A stretch of 64,000 nucleotides of DNA from an uncultured Clostridia bacterium. Its GTDB lineage: Bacteria > Bacillota > Clostridia > TANB77 > CAG-508. Below are positions 38,835 to 50,462 of the stretch, one piece after another (position 1 is the first letter of the stretch; each line of letters begins with the position of its first letter). The notes below the pieces were generated by a model. The model made no database searches. It saw nothing but the letters and a program-made list of their open reading frames with translations, and was not told where the DNA came from. The DNA lies in the NCBI GenBank assembly GCA_934130435.1, contig CAKOYB010000001.1, positions 1,664 to 65,663 on the forward strand. The letters are read 5' to 3'. A program made the position numbers and the translations under genes.

Positions 38835-39524
38835 ATGGAAGAAAGCAGAATCTTTGAAGGAAAAACTTCTACTCAGGCAATTGAAAAAGGATTAAAGGAA
38901 TTAGGAATATCAAGAGAAGAAGCGGAAATTGAAATTCTTGAAAATGAGGAAAAAAGAAGTTTTTTTAGTATTTTAGAACCTAGGACAGTAAAAGTAAAAA
39001 TCACAAAGAAAGAGAAAAAAGAAGTTATAAAGAATCAAAAAGCAAAAAAACAAATTGATACTAAAACTGCAGAAATTTGTAAAGAAAAAATAGAGAAATT
39101 TTTATCAGATTTTTTTAAATCTCAAAATTATGGTAAGATAGAATACAAAGTTTATTATGACAAGTTTTATATATATGTGGATATAGAAGGAAACAATACA
39201 AATTATTTAATTGGATATAGGGGAGAGGTTTTAAATTCTCTTCAAACAATATTAAATTGTATTATTAGAAGCGAAAACATTGATAAAATAAAAGTTATTT
39301 TAAATGTTTCTGGATATAAAGAAAAAAGGAAAAAAAGCCTAGAGGAGTTGGCAGAAAAAATTTCTAAAACAGTTATAAGAACACAAAAAAGAGTTATTTT
39401 AGAGCCTATGTCAGCATACGAAAGAAAAATAATACATTCAAAACTACAAGATAACCCTAAAGTTGCAACAGAAAGTATAGGAGAAGAACCAAATAGAAAG
39501 GTAATTATATTTTTAAAAAAATAA
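38835..39524 (+). CDS. jag: Jag/KhpB RNA-binding protein (KH + R3H)
   Basis: 229 aa with N-terminal Jag_N, KH and a C-terminal R3H motif. Follows yidC. Confidence 0.8.
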   Translation: MEESRIFEGKTSTQAIEKGLKELGISREEAEIEILENEEKRSFFSILEPRTVKVKITKKEKKEVIKNQKAKKQIDTKTAEICKEKIEKFLSDFFKSQNYGKIEYKVYYDKFYIYVDIEGNNTNYLIGYRGEVLNSLQTILNCIIRSENIDKIKVILNVSGYKEKRKKSLEELAEKISKTVIRTQKRVILEPMSAYERKIIHSKLQDNPKVATESIGEEPNRKVIIFLKK

Positions 39525-39615
39525 ATCATAAAAATCAGAGGTCAAAGGTCAGATTTTTATAATTATTTGTAATAATTATAAAGGGCTTTTGACTTTTTTG
39601 AAAGGAATTATAAAT

Positions 39616-40977
39616 ATGAGTACAATCGCAGCAATATCAACAGCGCAAGGAAATGGCGGAATAGGAATAGTTAGAATAAGTGGAAAAGAAACATTTAATA
39701 TATTAGAAAAAATATTTAAACCAAAGGAAAAAGCACAGATTAAAGGTTATACAATTAAATATGGACATATAGTTGATGAAAAAAACGAAATAATTGATGA
39801 GGTTCTAGTTTCGTATTTTATTTCACCCAAAAGTTATACAACAGAAAACATGTGCGAAATAAATTCTCATGGTAATAATGTGGTTCTAAAAAGAGTTTTA
39901 GAATTATGCTTAAAAAATGGAGCTAGTCTTGCTGAGCCAGGGGAATTTACAAAAAGAGCTTTTTTGAATGGAAGAATAGATTTATCTCAAGCAGAAGCAG
40001 TTATTGATTTAATAAATTCAAAAAGTATTAAAGAACAAAAAGTGTCAATAAGTCAATTAAATGGAGGGCTGTCTAATACTATTCATAAGATAAAAAACCA
40101 AATTTTAGAAGAATTAAGCGATATTGAGGCATCTATAGATTATCCTGAATATGATATTGAAGAAAAAAATAGAAGAAAATTAAAAGAAAAAGTCGAAATA
40201 GTAAAAAAAGAGTTAATAAAACTTGAAAGCAGTTTTGATAATGGAAAAATAATTAGAGATGGCATTAAGGTTGCAATAGTAGGCAGTCCAAACGCAGGAA
40301 AATCAACATTGCTAAATGCATTGCTTAATGAAGAGAGGTCAATTGTAACAAATGTAGAAGGAACAACACGAGATACAATAGAAGAATTTGTTACAATTCA
40401 AGGAGTAGTATTTAAAATTATTGATACAGCGGGAATTAGAGAATCGAAGGATATTGTTGAGAAAATAGGAATAAAAAGAAGTTTAGAAGCGATAAATACT
40501 GCAGATTTAGTTATTATGATTATTGATTCAAGTAAAAAGATTTCATATAAGGAAGAGGAAATATTAAATAAAATAAAGGATAAAAAAATTATAATTGCAT
40601 TAAATAAATGCGATTTAAAAGGCCAAAAACAGGATTTTAGCACATTAAAAAAATATACAAATAACATTTTAGAAATTTCAGCAATTAATAAAGAAGGAGT
40701 AGAAGAATTATCTAATAAAATGATAGAAATTTTTGATGTGAATGCAATTACAACAGATAGCTCAGAAATGATAACAAATATAAGGCATAAAAATATAATA
40801 TCAGCATCAATTAAGATATTAAAAGAAATTATTAATACAATAGATAAAGAAATTCCAATTGATATGTGCGCCATATATTTGAGAGATTTAATAGAAAAAA
40901 TGAATGAGATAACAGGAGAAAATGTAACAGAAGATATAATTAATAAAATATTTTCAAAATTTTGTTTAGGAAAGTAA
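39616..40977 (+). CDS. mnmE: tRNA modification GTPase MnmE
   Basis: Start at MSTIAAISTAQGNGGIGIVRISG, with AAAGGA RBS; the ORF-track start 39589 is probably too early. G-domain GSPNAGKST, C-terminal CLGK. Confidence 0.9.
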   Translation: MSTIAAISTAQGNGGIGIVRISGKETFNILEKIFKPKEKAQIKGYTIKYGHIVDEKNEIIDEVLVSYFISPKSYTTENMCEINSHGNNVVLKRVLELCLKNGASLAEPGEFTKRAFLNGRIDLSQAEAVIDLINSKSIKEQKVSISQLNGGLSNTIHKIKNQILEELSDIEASIDYPEYDIEEKNRRKLKEKVEIVKKELIKLESSFDNGKIIRDGIKVAIVGSPNAGKSTLLNALLNEERSIVTNVEGTTRDTIEEFVTIQGVVFKIIDTAGIRESKDIVEKIGIKRSLEAINTADLVIMIIDSSKKISYKEEEILNKIKDKKIIIALNKCDLKGQKQDFSTLKKYTNNILEISAINKEGVEELSNKMIEIFDVNAITTDSSEMITNIRHKNIISASIKILKEIINTIDKEIPIDMCAIYLRDLIEKMNEITGENVTEDIINKIFSKFCLGK

Positions 40978-40989
40978 AAGGAGAAGAAA

Positions 40990-42891
40990 ATGCAATATTT
41001 AGCAGGAAATTATGATGTGGCAGTTATTGGAGCAGGACACGCGGGTTGTGAAGCAGCTTTGGCAGCAGCTAGAATGGGAATGAAAACAGTAATTTTTTCA
41101 ATAAGTTTAGAGGCAATTGCAAATATGCCATGTAATCCACATATAGGAGGTTCTTCAAAGGGACATTTAGTTAGAGAAATAGATGCTCTTGGAGGAGAAA
41201 TGGGCAAAAATATTGATAAGACATTTATACAGCTAAGAATGTTAAATACTTCAAAGGGTCCAGCTGTATATTCGTTAAGAGCCCAAGCAGACAGAAAAAT
41301 GTATCATATAGAAATGAAGCATACTCTTGAAAAACAAGAAAACTTAGACATTAAACAAGCAGAGATAACTAATATAAATGTTAAAAATGGAAAAATTCAA
41401 TCTATAGAAACAAATATTGGTGCTATTTATAATGTGAAATCACTAATAATTGCAACAGGTACATATTTAAAAGGAAAGATTTTTATTGGTGATGTTTCAT
41501 ATGAAAGTGGACCAGATGGAGTATTTCCGGCAAATAGATTATCAGAAAGTTTAAAAAAATTAAATATTAAATTAGTTAGATTCAAAACAGGTACTCCTGC
41601 AAGAATTAACAGTAAAACTATAGATTTTTCAAAAATGGAAAGACAAGATGGGGATTCTAATCCAGAAATGTTTTCTTTTGACGATAAAAAAGTAAATAGG
41701 GAACAAAAACCATGTTATCTAACTTATACAAACGAAAAAACGCATGATATTATAAGAAAAAACTTAAATAGATCTCCAATGTATTCAGGAAAAATTGAAG
41801 GAACAGGTCCTAGATATTGTCCATCCATTGAAGATAAGGTTGTACGTTTTAGTGACAAACCAAGACATCAAGTATTTGTTGAACCAGTTGGAAATGCTAC
41901 AGAAGAAATGTATATTCAGGGGATGAGTTCATCATTGCCTGAGGATGTACAAATAAAAATGTATCGAACAATACCAGGACTTGAAAAAGCTGAATTTACT
42001 AGACCAGCATATGCAATAGAATATGATTGCATAGATCCTTCACAGCTAAAATTATCTCTTGAAATAAAGGAAATAGAAGGAATGTATTTTGCAGGACAAA
42101 TAAATGGTACGTCAGGATATGAAGAAGCTGCTGCACAAGGAATTGTTGCAGGAATAAATGCAAGTTTAAAACTAAAAAACAAAGAGCCACTTATAATAGA
42201 TAGATCAGAAGGATATATAGGAGTACTTATAGATGATATAGTAACAAAAGGAACCAATGAACCATATAGAATGATGACTTCAAGAGCAGAATATAGACTT
42301 TTGTTAAGGCAAGATAATGCAGATTTAAGATTAACACCAAAAGGATACGAATGCGGACTTATTACGCAAAAAAGATATGATAAATTTATAAAGAAAAGAA
42401 AAAATATAGAAAAAGAAATTGAAAGGTTAAGAAAAATTACAATAAAGCCAACAGATGAAGTTAACGAATATTTAAAAAAACATAATTCTTCTCAAATAAC
42501 AAATGGGATAAAGCTTTCTGAATTGTTAAAGAGAACCGAACTGACATATGATTCATTAAAAAAAATTGATGCAAAAAGACCAAAATTAACAAAAATGGAA
42601 AAACAGGAAGTAGAAATCCAAATAAAATATGAGGGATATTTAAAACTTCAAGAGCAACAAGTTGAAAAATTTAAAAAAATGGAAAATAAAAAATTAAATG
42701 ACAAAATTAACTATGAAGAAATAAAGGGATTGAGCTTAGAAGCAAAGCAAAAACTATCCAAAATTAAACCAATATCAATTGGACAGGCATCTAGAATCTC
42801 TGGTGTATCTCCAGCAGATATAACAGTTTTATTAATTTTTTTGGAACAAAATAAAAAAAATAATCAGTTTATTGATAAACAGAACCATTAA
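40990..42891 (+). CDS. mnmG: tRNA uridine 5-carboxymethylaminomethyl modification enzyme MnmG
   Basis: 633 aa; FAD motif [15 protein letters not shown]. Confidence 0.9.
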   Translation: MQYLAGNYDVAVIGAGHAGCEAALAAARMGMKTVIFSISLEAIANMPCNPHIGGSSKGHLVREIDALGGEMGKNIDKTFIQLRMLNTSKGPAVYSLRAQADRKMYHIEMKHTLEKQENLDIKQAEITNINVKNGKIQSIETNIGAIYNVKSLIIATGTYLKGKIFIGDVSYESGPDGVFPANRLSESLKKLNIKLVRFKTGTPARINSKTIDFSKMERQDGDSNPEMFSFDDKKVNREQKPCYLTYTNEKTHDIIRKNLNRSPMYSGKIEGTGPRYCPSIEDKVVRFSDKPRHQVFVEPVGNATEEMYIQGMSSSLPEDVQIKMYRTIPGLEKAEFTRPAYAIEYDCIDPSQLKLSLEIKEIEGMYFAGQINGTSGYEEAAAQGIVAGINASLKLKNKEPLIIDRSEGYIGVLIDDIVTKGTNEPYRMMTSRAEYRLLLRQDNADLRLTPKGYECGLITQKRYDKFIKKRKNIEKEIERLRKITIKPTDEVNEYLKKHNSSQITNGIKLSELLKRTELTYDSLKKIDAKRPKLTKMEKQEVEIQIKYEGYLKLQEQQVEKFKKMENKKLNDKINYEEIKGLSLEAKQKLSKIKPISIGQASRISGVSPADITVLLIFLEQNKKNNQFIDKQNH

Positions 42892-42947
42892 ACACATTAT
42901 TTTCAATGCCTTTTATACTGTCAGTATAATTTTGAAAGGAAGAAAGA

Positions 42948-43664
42948 ATGAACAAAGAAGAATTTATAAAAAAGTTGGATGAGAATATAAAAAAAATGAA
43001 TATTAATTTAAGTAATAGTGAATTAGAAAAATTTTATAAATACAAAGAACTTCTTATAGAATGGAATAGTAAAATTAATCTAACAGCTATTGTGGATGAT
43101 ATAGATATTATTAATAAACATTTTGTTGACTCCATAATTATAAATAAGTATGTAAATAAAGAAAAGGTGATAGATATTGGTACAGGGGCCGGTTTCCCTG
43201 GAATACCTTTAAAAATAATAAATGACAAATTAGAGGTTACTTTATTAGATTCATTAAATAAAAGGGTGAATTTTTTAAATATAGTAATTAATGAGCTGAA
43301 TTTAAATAACATAGAAGCAATTCATGGGAGAGCAGAAGAGGTTTTTAAAAATAAAAAATATAGAGAAATGTATGATATTGCAACATCAAGGGCTGTTGCA
43401 CAGTTAAATGTATTAGTTGAATATATGTTACCAGCAGTAAAAGTTGGAGGTACATGTATTTGCATGAAAGGAAATAATATAAAAGAAGAACTTGATAAAT
43501 CAAGCAAAGCAATAAAAGTTTTAGGAGGAAAATTAGAAAAAGTTGAAGAATTTGTAATTCCTAATACTGATTATAAAAGAAATATTATAATAATAAAGAA
43601 AGAAAAAACAACTCCTATAAAGTATCCTAGAAAAGCAGGAATTCCTTCTAAGGAGCCAATTTAA
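42948..43664 (+). CDS. rsmG: 16S rRNA m7G527 methyltransferase RsmG
   Basis: 238 aa; SAM motif DIGTGAGFPGIPL. Confidence 0.9.
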   Translation: MNKEEFIKKLDENIKKMNINLSNSELEKFYKYKELLIEWNSKINLTAIVDDIDIINKHFVDSIIINKYVNKEKVIDIGTGAGFPGIPLKIINDKLEVTLLDSLNKRVNFLNIVINELNLNNIEAIHGRAEEVFKNKKYREMYDIATSRAVAQLNVLVEYMLPAVKVGGTCICMKGNNIKEELDKSSKAIKVLGGKLEKVEEFVIPNTDYKRNIIIIKKEKTTPIKYPRKAGIPSKEPI

Positions 43665-43763
43665 AGAAATAGTTTTTAAAAATAAAAACTAAAAAAATAT
43701 ATTGACATATTGAGAAAAATTTTATATTATAAATATACTTAAAAAAGATTAGGAGGAGCATCA

Positions 43764-44555
43764 GTGGGAAAAATTATATCAATAGCAAATCAAAAAGGTG
43801 GAGTAGGAAAGACTACAACAGCAATAAATTTAAGTACTGTACTAGCAAAAAGAAATAAAAAAGTTTTATTAATAGATACAGATCCACAGGGAAATGCAAC
43901 GAGTGGTGTTGGAGAAACAAAAGAAACAGAAAATTCAATTTATGAGGTTTTAATTGAAGAAACAAAAATGGAAGAAGCTATAATAAAAACAAAAATTAAA
44001 AACCTTTTTCTATGTCCATCCAATATTAATCTTGCAGGAGCAGAAGTTGAACTAGTTTCAATGATGTCAAGAGAAAGAAGATTAAAAGAAAAATTAGATG
44101 AAATTAAACAAAAATTTGATTATATAATAATAGATTGTCCACCATCTTTGGGATTAATTACGTTAAATGCTTTTACAGCATCTGATAGTGTACTAATTCC
44201 GGTACAGTGTGAATACTATGCACTAGAAGGATTAGGACAATTAATTAATACAATTAATTTGGTAAAAAAACATTTAAATAGTAAACTAGAAGTAGAAGGA
44301 GCAGTTTTAACAATGTTTGACACAAGGACAAACCTATCAAAACAAGTAGTAGATGAAGTAAAAGGTTATTTTAATAACAAAGTATTTAAAACTGTAATTC
44401 CAAGAAATGTAAAGCTGAGTGAAGCTCCAAGTTATGGATTACCAATAACTTTATATGATCCAAGATCAAAAGGAGCAAAATGTTATGACAAACTAGGAAG
44501 GGAAGTTATAAAAAATAATGAAGAGCAACAAAAAGCAAAACATATGAGAGAATGA
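43764..44555 (+). CDS. soj: Chromosome partitioning ATPase Soj/ParA
   Basis: Deviant Walker A KGGVGKTT. Confidence 0.85.
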   Translation: MGKIISIANQKGGVGKTTTAINLSTVLAKRNKKVLLIDTDPQGNATSGVGETKETENSIYEVLIEETKMEEAIIKTKIKNLFLCPSNINLAGAEVELVSMMSRERRLKEKLDEIKQKFDYIIIDCPPSLGLITLNAFTASDSVLIPVQCEYYALEGLGQLINTINLVKKHLNSKLEVEGAVLTMFDTRTNLSKQVVDEVKGYFNNKVFKTVIPRNVKLSEAPSYGLPITLYDPRSKGAKCYDKLGREVIKNNEEQQKAKHMRE

Positions 44556-44574
44556 AAAGTAAAAGGAGAATGAA

Positions 44575-45426
44575 ATGGCAAAGAAAACAGGATTAGGAAA
44601 AGGACTTAATGCATTATTTACAGAAAATAATATAAAAATAGAAAAAGATGAAGAAATTAAAGAAGGAGAAAAGGTAGTAAACTTGAAAATTACTACTGTT
44701 GAACCAAATAGAAATCAGCCAAGAAAAGTTTTTAATGAGGAAGCATTGGAAGAACTTGCTGAATCAATAAAAAGATATGGATTAATTCAGCCAATTATAG
44801 TGACTAAAAAAGAGGATTACTATCAAATTATTGCTGGAGAGAGAAGATGGAGAGCTTCAAAGAAGGCAGGACTAGATACAATTCCAGCAATAGTAAGAGA
44901 AGATAATGAACAAAAAAATAAAGAAATTGCGCTTATAGAGAATATACAAAGAGAAGATCTAAATGCATTTGAAAAAGCATCTGGTATAAAATTATTAATG
45001 AATGAATATGGCTTAACACAGCAACAAGTTGCAGATATAATTGGAAAAAGTAGAAGTGGTGTTGCTAATACTTTAAGAATTTTAAACCTTGATGAAAGAG
45101 TTTTAGATTTAGCAAAAGAAGGAAAACTAACAGAAGCCCACTGTAGAGCTTTATTAGCTTATGATGATGGCGAAACTCAATATAAATCAGCTTTAAAAAT
45201 AATTGAGAAAGGTTCATCTGTTAGAGAAGTTGAGCATAGAACTAAAAGAGCGACATCTAAAAAAATTGATAAAAGATATGAGCCAATTTATAGAGATATA
45301 GAAGATTCTTTTCAAGAGTTTTTTGGAACAAAGGTTAAGTTAAATGCAGGTGCAAGAAAAGGAAAAATAGTAATTGAATATAATTCAAATGATGATTTAA
45401 CAAGAATACTAGATTTAATAAAATAA
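44575..45426 (+). CDS. spo0J: Chromosome partitioning protein Spo0J/ParB
   Basis: ParB box GERRWRA, HTH. Confidence 0.85.
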   Translation: MAKKTGLGKGLNALFTENNIKIEKDEEIKEGEKVVNLKITTVEPNRNQPRKVFNEEALEELAESIKRYGLIQPIIVTKKEDYYQIIAGERRWRASKKAGLDTIPAIVREDNEQKNKEIALIENIQREDLNAFEKASGIKLLMNEYGLTQQQVADIIGKSRSGVANTLRILNLDERVLDLAKEGKLTEAHCRALLAYDDGETQYKSALKIIEKGSSVREVEHRTKRATSKKIDKRYEPIYRDIEDSFQEFFGTKVKLNAGARKGKIVIEYNSNDDLTRILDLIK

Positions 45427-45600
45427 AAATATTTGTGTTAATAAAGACAAAAATAATAATATTTATTAGAAGATACTAACTTAAGCTATAAATAATATAA
45501 CATATGAATAAATAAAAAGAGATTTTAGAAAGAATTGTATTGACAAAAATGAGAAAACTATGTTATTATATATACTGTTACTGAATTTGGTAACAAATAT

Positions 45601-45692
<92 letters not shown>

Positions 45693-45792
45693 AATAATAA
45701 ATGGTGATGAATAGTAAACAGTGAATGATTATTAATGATATAATTAAATTATTCATACTTCACTATTCATTATTATTTAGAATAAATAATTT

Positions 45793-45883
45793 GGAGGCTT
45801 ACCCAAGTGGTTGAAGGGGACAGTTTGCTAAACTGTTAGGGTTCGCAAGGGCCGCGAGGGTTCAAATCCCTCAGCTTCCGCCA
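45793..45883 (+). tRNA. tRNA-Ser (anticodon GCT)
   Basis: GGAGGCTTACCCAAGTGGTTGAAGGG.., loop TTGCTAA, long variable arm, GGTTCAAATCC, CCA. Confidence 0.8.
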
Positions 45884-45885
45884 AA

Positions 45886-45913
45886 AAGGCTTTATACTTT
45901 TGTATAAAGCCTT
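45886..45913 (+). terminator. Terminator after the tRNA-Ser pair
   Basis: AAGGCTTTATAC-TTTT-GTATAAAGCCTT hairpin. Confidence 0.5.
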
Positions 45914-45957
45914 TAAACATTTATGAATTCTTTACTTTTATAAATTCAAATGATATA

Positions 45958-47199
45958 ATGAAAAAAATAAAAAATAAAAAGGAGAAATTGAAAATTGTGT
46001 ATAGAAAAACATATGTTGAGGTTAATATAGATAATCTAAAGAATAATGTGAAAAATCTTGTTAATTACTATAATGATTATAAATATTATTTTGGTGTGGT
46101 AAAAGGAAACTGCTATGGACACGGAATAAAATATGTTGTTAATGAGATTATAGAAAGTGGCATAAACTATTTAGCAGTATCTTCATTAGAAGAGGCATTG
46201 GAAATTAGAAATTTCAATAAAGAAATTCCAATTTTAATACTAGAACCAATAGATTTAGAGTATTTAGATATATGTGTACAAAACAATATAACAGTTACTA
46301 TTCATGATTATAGTTATGCAAAAGAATTAATTAATAAAAATATAGAAGATAATTTAAAAATCCACTTAAAAATAGATTCAGGTATGAATAGATTAGGATT
46401 TAAAGATAAAGATGAGCTAAAAGATATATATTTAAAACTAAAAGATAAAAATAATATAAAGATAGAGGGAATATTTACTCATTTTGCGACACTTGGAATA
46501 AATGATAAGGAATGGGATAAACAACTAGAGAAATTTAAAGATATAACAAGTAAGATAAATATAAAAGAAATACCAATTGTACATTTATATAAAAGTGCAT
46601 CTTTTATAAATCACCCAAAGCTTAGCTTTGATAATGGAATAAGAATGGGCATAGTAATGTATGGATATTACACAAAACCAATATATAGTAACAAAGGCGT
46701 AAAAAACAAATTAAGAAAAATAAAAAGAGAATTTTATAAAAAAAGAAATAAAATTAGTAATACAAATTTAGAATTACCAATAGAAATAGAACCAGCCTTT
46801 AAAATGTATACTCAATTTTTACAAATTAAAAAAGTTAAAAAAGGTGAATTTGTTGGATATGGTGCTACATATAAAGCAAAAGAAGATATAACAATAGGAA
46901 TAATGGCAGCTGGTTATGATGATGGAATTTTTAGAAAGAGTAAAGGAAGATATGTAACAATAAATAATAAGAGGTATCAAATAATTGGAGATGTTGGTAT
47001 GGGAATGACAGCAGTTAAAATTGATGATACAGTTTCAATTAAAGACAAAATAACACTAATAGGAGATTTAACGCCAATAAGAGAAGTTGCGAAACATAAC
47101 GAAACTACAATATATGAAACAATGTGTAATATTGGAAAACAAATTCCAAGAGTATATTTAAAAGATAATAAAATTGAAAATATTGAAGAGGGAAAATAA
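45958..47199 (+). CDS. alr: Alanine racemase
   Basis: PLP motif VVKGNCYGHG. 413 aa with a racemase C-terminal beta domain. Confidence 0.8.
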   Translation: MKKIKNKKEKLKIVYRKTYVEVNIDNLKNNVKNLVNYYNDYKYYFGVVKGNCYGHGIKYVVNEIIESGINYLAVSSLEEALEIRNFNKEIPILILEPIDLEYLDICVQNNITVTIHDYSYAKELINKNIEDNLKIHLKIDSGMNRLGFKDKDELKDIYLKLKDKNNIKIEGIFTHFATLGINDKEWDKQLEKFKDITSKINIKEIPIVHLYKSASFINHPKLSFDNGIRMGIVMYGYYTKPIYSNKGVKNKLRKIKREFYKKRNKISNTNLELPIEIEPAFKMYTQFLQIKKVKKGEFVGYGATYKAKEDITIGIMAAGYDDGIFRKSKGRYVTINNKRYQIIGDVGMGMTAVKIDDTVSIKDKITLIGDLTPIREVAKHNETTIYETMCNIGKQIPRVYLKDNKIENIEEGK

Positions 47200-47200
47200 T

Positions 47201-48418
47201 ATGAAAACTGAAATAAAAGTTTTAATAATTGGAACAGATATTAATGCTTATTATATGTCAAGATGTTATCATGAACTAACAGGAAAAAAAGCAGATATAA
47301 TCGGAAATAGAGCAATACCATATACTAATATCTCAAATCCAATTATTATAAACGATTTTAATAAAAAGGAAAATTTTATAAATGCTTTAATTGAATATGG
47401 TAAAAAAAATAGCAATAAAAAAGTTTTATTAATAGCCACTAGTGATATGTATGTTAAAATGGTTATGGAGGAATCAAGTTTACTGGAAAAATATTATGTA
47501 TTTAATTATCCCGAAATTAAAATAATAAATAATTTACTTGTAAAAGAAAACTTTTATAAAAAATATAAAGATATGGGATTAGATATGCCTAAGACATATT
47601 TTTATAATTGTAGCAAGGAAATAGGAGTAGACAGTGTAATTAATTATTTTTCAGAATATCCTCTAATAATAAAACCAAGCGATGTTGTTGAGTATCATAA
47701 TCTAGATATAGTTTTGGATAAAGTATTTAAGGTGTATGAAGAAAGCGAATTAGAAAAAACTATTAGTAAGATAAAAAATGCAAATTACAAAGGCACTTTA
47801 ATTGTACAAGAATTTATTCCTGGTGATGATTCACAATTATTTGATTCGCTTTTTTATGTTGGAAAAGACAAAAAAGCAAAATTAGCAACATTTGCTCAAA
47901 TTGGATTACAAGAACGTACACCGACGGGAATTGGAAATTGTACAGTTTTAGTTAATGGATTTGATGAACATGGTTATAAGGATGAAATTATATATAAACT
48001 AAAGGAATTTATAGAAAAAATAGGATATCAGGGATTTGCAGAATTTGATATAAAATATGATAGTAGAGATAAGAAATATAAAGTTTTAGAAATAAATCCA
48101 AGACAGTCAAGAAGTGGGTATTATATGGCAGGATGTGGATATAATTTAATTGAAACTTTAATAAATGATTTGGTAGAAAATAAAAATATGGAATTTAAAA
48201 TAATAAAAGAAAAGGTTGTTTTAAGTTTTGTACCAAAAAGAATAATTAATAAATATATTGAAAACAAAAATCTAAAAAAAGAAATAAATGACATATTAAA
48301 AACTAAAAAAATAATTGATCCATTAAATTATGAAAAAGATAAGAATTTAAAAAGAAAATTATATCTCTTTTATAGAAAAATTAATTATATGAAAAAATAT
48401 AAAAAATATAAATTTTAA
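47201..48418 (+). CDS. ATP-grasp family carboxylate-amine ligase
   Basis: Pre-ATP-grasp Rossmann N-terminus. ATP-grasp signatures (IIKPSD..., TLIVQEFIPGDD, EINPR). Start at ATG 47201 after GAAGAGGG. Confidence 0.65.
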   Translation: MKTEIKVLIIGTDINAYYMSRCYHELTGKKADIIGNRAIPYTNISNPIIINDFNKKENFINALIEYGKKNSNKKVLLIATSDMYVKMVMEESSLLEKYYVFNYPEIKIINNLLVKENFYKKYKDMGLDMPKTYFYNCSKEIGVDSVINYFSEYPLIIKPSDVVEYHNLDIVLDKVFKVYEESELEKTISKIKNANYKGTLIVQEFIPGDDSQLFDSLFYVGKDKKAKLATFAQIGLQERTPTGIGNCTVLVNGFDEHGYKDEIIYKLKEFIEKIGYQGFAEFDIKYDSRDKKYKVLEINPRQSRSGYYMAGCGYNLIETLINDLVENKNMEFKIIKEKVVLSFVPKRIINKYIENKNLKKEINDILKTKKIIDPLNYEKDKNLKRKLYLFYRKINYMKKYKKYKF

Positions 48419-48433
48419 TTAATAAAAAATAAA

Positions 48434-48641
48434 ATTAAAAAATAAATATTTAAAAATAAAATTTAATAAAATAAAATTATTATAAAAATAATTAATAATT
48501 AATATAAATAATATTTTTAAAATAAATTATAATTAAAAAGATTAAAATAAAAAAATAATAATAAAATCAATTTTAATAATATTAAAAAAAGTATAAATTA
48601 AAAATAAATATTTAAAAATAAAATTTAATAAAATAAAATTA
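48434..48641. repeat. Pair of ~45-bp near-identical direct repeats within a 480-bp A/T-only low-complexity spacer
   Basis: ATTAAAAAATAAATATTTAAAAATAAAATTTAATAAAATAAAATTA at about 48434-48479 and again at about 48597-48641, with a 1-nt difference. Confidence 0.5.
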
Positions 48642-48899
48642 CTAGAAATAAATAACTATAAATTAATTTAAATAAAATTTATAAAAATAAATTATAATCA
48701 AAAAAAATTAATTTAATAAAACAGTATTAATCAGAAATAGAAATAATGCTAAAATTAATTTAAATAATATTCAAAAAAAATGAAAATTCAAATAAAGATT
48801 TAAAAATGTAATTTAGTAAAATAAAACTTTTAGATATAAAAAGCATCATAAAACAAATAGTATTGAAAAGAAAAGATTAATAAATTTAAAGGAGAAAAG

Positions 48900-50423
48900 A
48901 TGAAAAATAATACTTTAAATAAATATATTGAAATATTAAAGAATGAAAAACTATATGTAGAAGATAATATAAAACCAGAAATTAAAGAAAAGGAAGTAGA
49001 AATATTTACATATGATTCAAGACAAGTTAAAAAGCACACTTTGTTTTTATGCAAAGGAGCAAATTTTAAAAAAGAATTTCTAGAAAATGCATTAAAAAAT
49101 GGAGCAATTGCATATGTTGCTGAGGAAACATATAAAGATTATAGTAAACCTTTTATTATTGTTTCTGATATTAGAAAAACTATTGCGGTTCTTTCTGATT
49201 TATATACAAATTATCCCGAAAAAGAAATTAACATGATTGGAATAACTGGAACAAAGGGAAAATCAACAACAACATATTATTTAAAATATATTTTAGATGA
49301 ATATATGAAAAATAACAACAAAAATGATACTGCAATAATTTCATCAATTGATACTTATGATGGAGTAGAAACTAAGGAGGCAGTTTTAACAACACCGGAA
49401 GCACTAGAATTGCATAAACATATAAGAAATGCAGTAGATTCTAAAATAGATAATTTGGTTATGGAAGTTTGTTCACAGGCACTAAAAACAGAAAGAGTGT
49501 ATGGAATTTTATATAAATATGGCATTTTCTTAAATATATCGGAAGATCATATTAGTAACATAGAGCATAAAGATTATGAAGATTATTTTTCATCAAAATT
49601 AAAGATATTTGATCAAACTGAAATAGCTGTTATAAATTTAAATTCAGATAATTTAGAAAGAATATTAAAATCAGCCCAAAAAGCAAAAAAAATAATTACT
49701 TTTGGAACTACAGAAGATGCAGATGTATATGGATATGATATAAAAAAGAATGGACTAAAAACAATATTTAAAGTAAAAACAAATAAATTTAATAAAGAGA
49801 TAGAATTAACAATGCCAGGATTATTTAATGTGGAAAATGCTTTAGCTGCAATTGCAGTCGCTAATGATATGGATATTCCATATGAAGATATTTTCAATGG
49901 ATTAAAAAAAGCTAAAGCGAGTGGTAGAATGGAGGTATATTCTGATAAAAATAAAAAAGTTATTGTTATAGTTGATTATGCGCATAATAAATTAAGTTTC
50001 CAAAAATTATACGAATCTACTATTAAAGAGTATCCAAAGAGAAATATAATAACTGTATTTGGCTGTCCAGGGAATCATGCTCAAAACAGAAGAAAAGATT
50101 TAGGCGAATTATCTGGAAAATATTCAAATATGAATTATCTAACAATGGAAGATCCAAGAAATGAGGATCCAGAAAAAATATGTGAAGAAATTTCAGAATA
50201 TATAAAAAAGGAAAATGGTAAATTTAAGATTATTGTAGATAGAGGACAAGCAATAAAACAGGCAATTTTAGAAGCAAAACCAAATTCAGTGATCTTAATT
50301 ACTGGAAAAGGCAATGAGACAGTTCAGTATGTTAAAGGAAAATATATTGAATGTGAAACAGATGTACAATATGCGAAAAAATATCTAAAAGAGTTAGACG
50401 GAAAAAAATCAAAAATAAAATAA
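48900..50423 (+). CDS. murE: UDP-N-acetylmuramoyl-L-alanyl-D-glutamate--2,6-diaminopimelate (or L-lysine) ligase MurE
   Basis: Aligns along its length with B. subtilis MurE: DSRQVKKHTLFLC.., NGAIAYVAEE, GITGTKGKSTT, DYAHN, ITGKGNETVQ. Confidence 0.8.
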   Translation: MKNNTLNKYIEILKNEKLYVEDNIKPEIKEKEVEIFTYDSRQVKKHTLFLCKGANFKKEFLENALKNGAIAYVAEETYKDYSKPFIIVSDIRKTIAVLSDLYTNYPEKEINMIGITGTKGKSTTTYYLKYILDEYMKNNNKNDTAIISSIDTYDGVETKEAVLTTPEALELHKHIRNAVDSKIDNLVMEVCSQALKTERVYGILYKYGIFLNISEDHISNIEHKDYEDYFSSKLKIFDQTEIAVINLNSDNLERILKSAQKAKKIITFGTTEDADVYGYDIKKNGLKTIFKVKTNKFNKEIELTMPGLFNVENALAAIAVANDMDIPYEDIFNGLKKAKASGRMEVYSDKNKKVIVIVDYAHNKLSFQKLYESTIKEYPKRNIITVFGCPGNHAQNRRKDLGELSGKYSNMNYLTMEDPRNEDPEKICEEISEYIKKENGKFKIIVDRGQAIKQAILEAKPNSVILITGKGNETVQYVKGKYIECETDVQYAKKYLKELDGKKSKIK

Positions 50424-50428
50424 AATAA

Positions 50429-50462
50429 TAAAAACTTTTAGTGCAACTAAAAGTTTTTTATT
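50429..50462. terminator. Bidirectional terminator between murE and the convergent arginase-family gene
   Basis: AAAACTTTTAGT-GCAA-CTAAAAGTTTT hairpin. Confidence 0.55.

Noticed and set aside
43764-45480. parS site (TGTTNCACGTGAAACA) in or near soj-spo0J
   Set aside because: Scanned by eye for CACGTGAAAC-like cores and found none in this window apart from a chance CACGTG inside tRNA-Pro. parS may lie outside the window or be degenerate, so no call was made.
48419-48899. Possible CRISPR array in the A/T-only repeat region
   Set aside because: Only two copies of a ~45-bp A/T unit at irregular spacing. No regular repeat-spacer periodicity and no cas genes, so this is a low-complexity direct repeat, not CRISPR.
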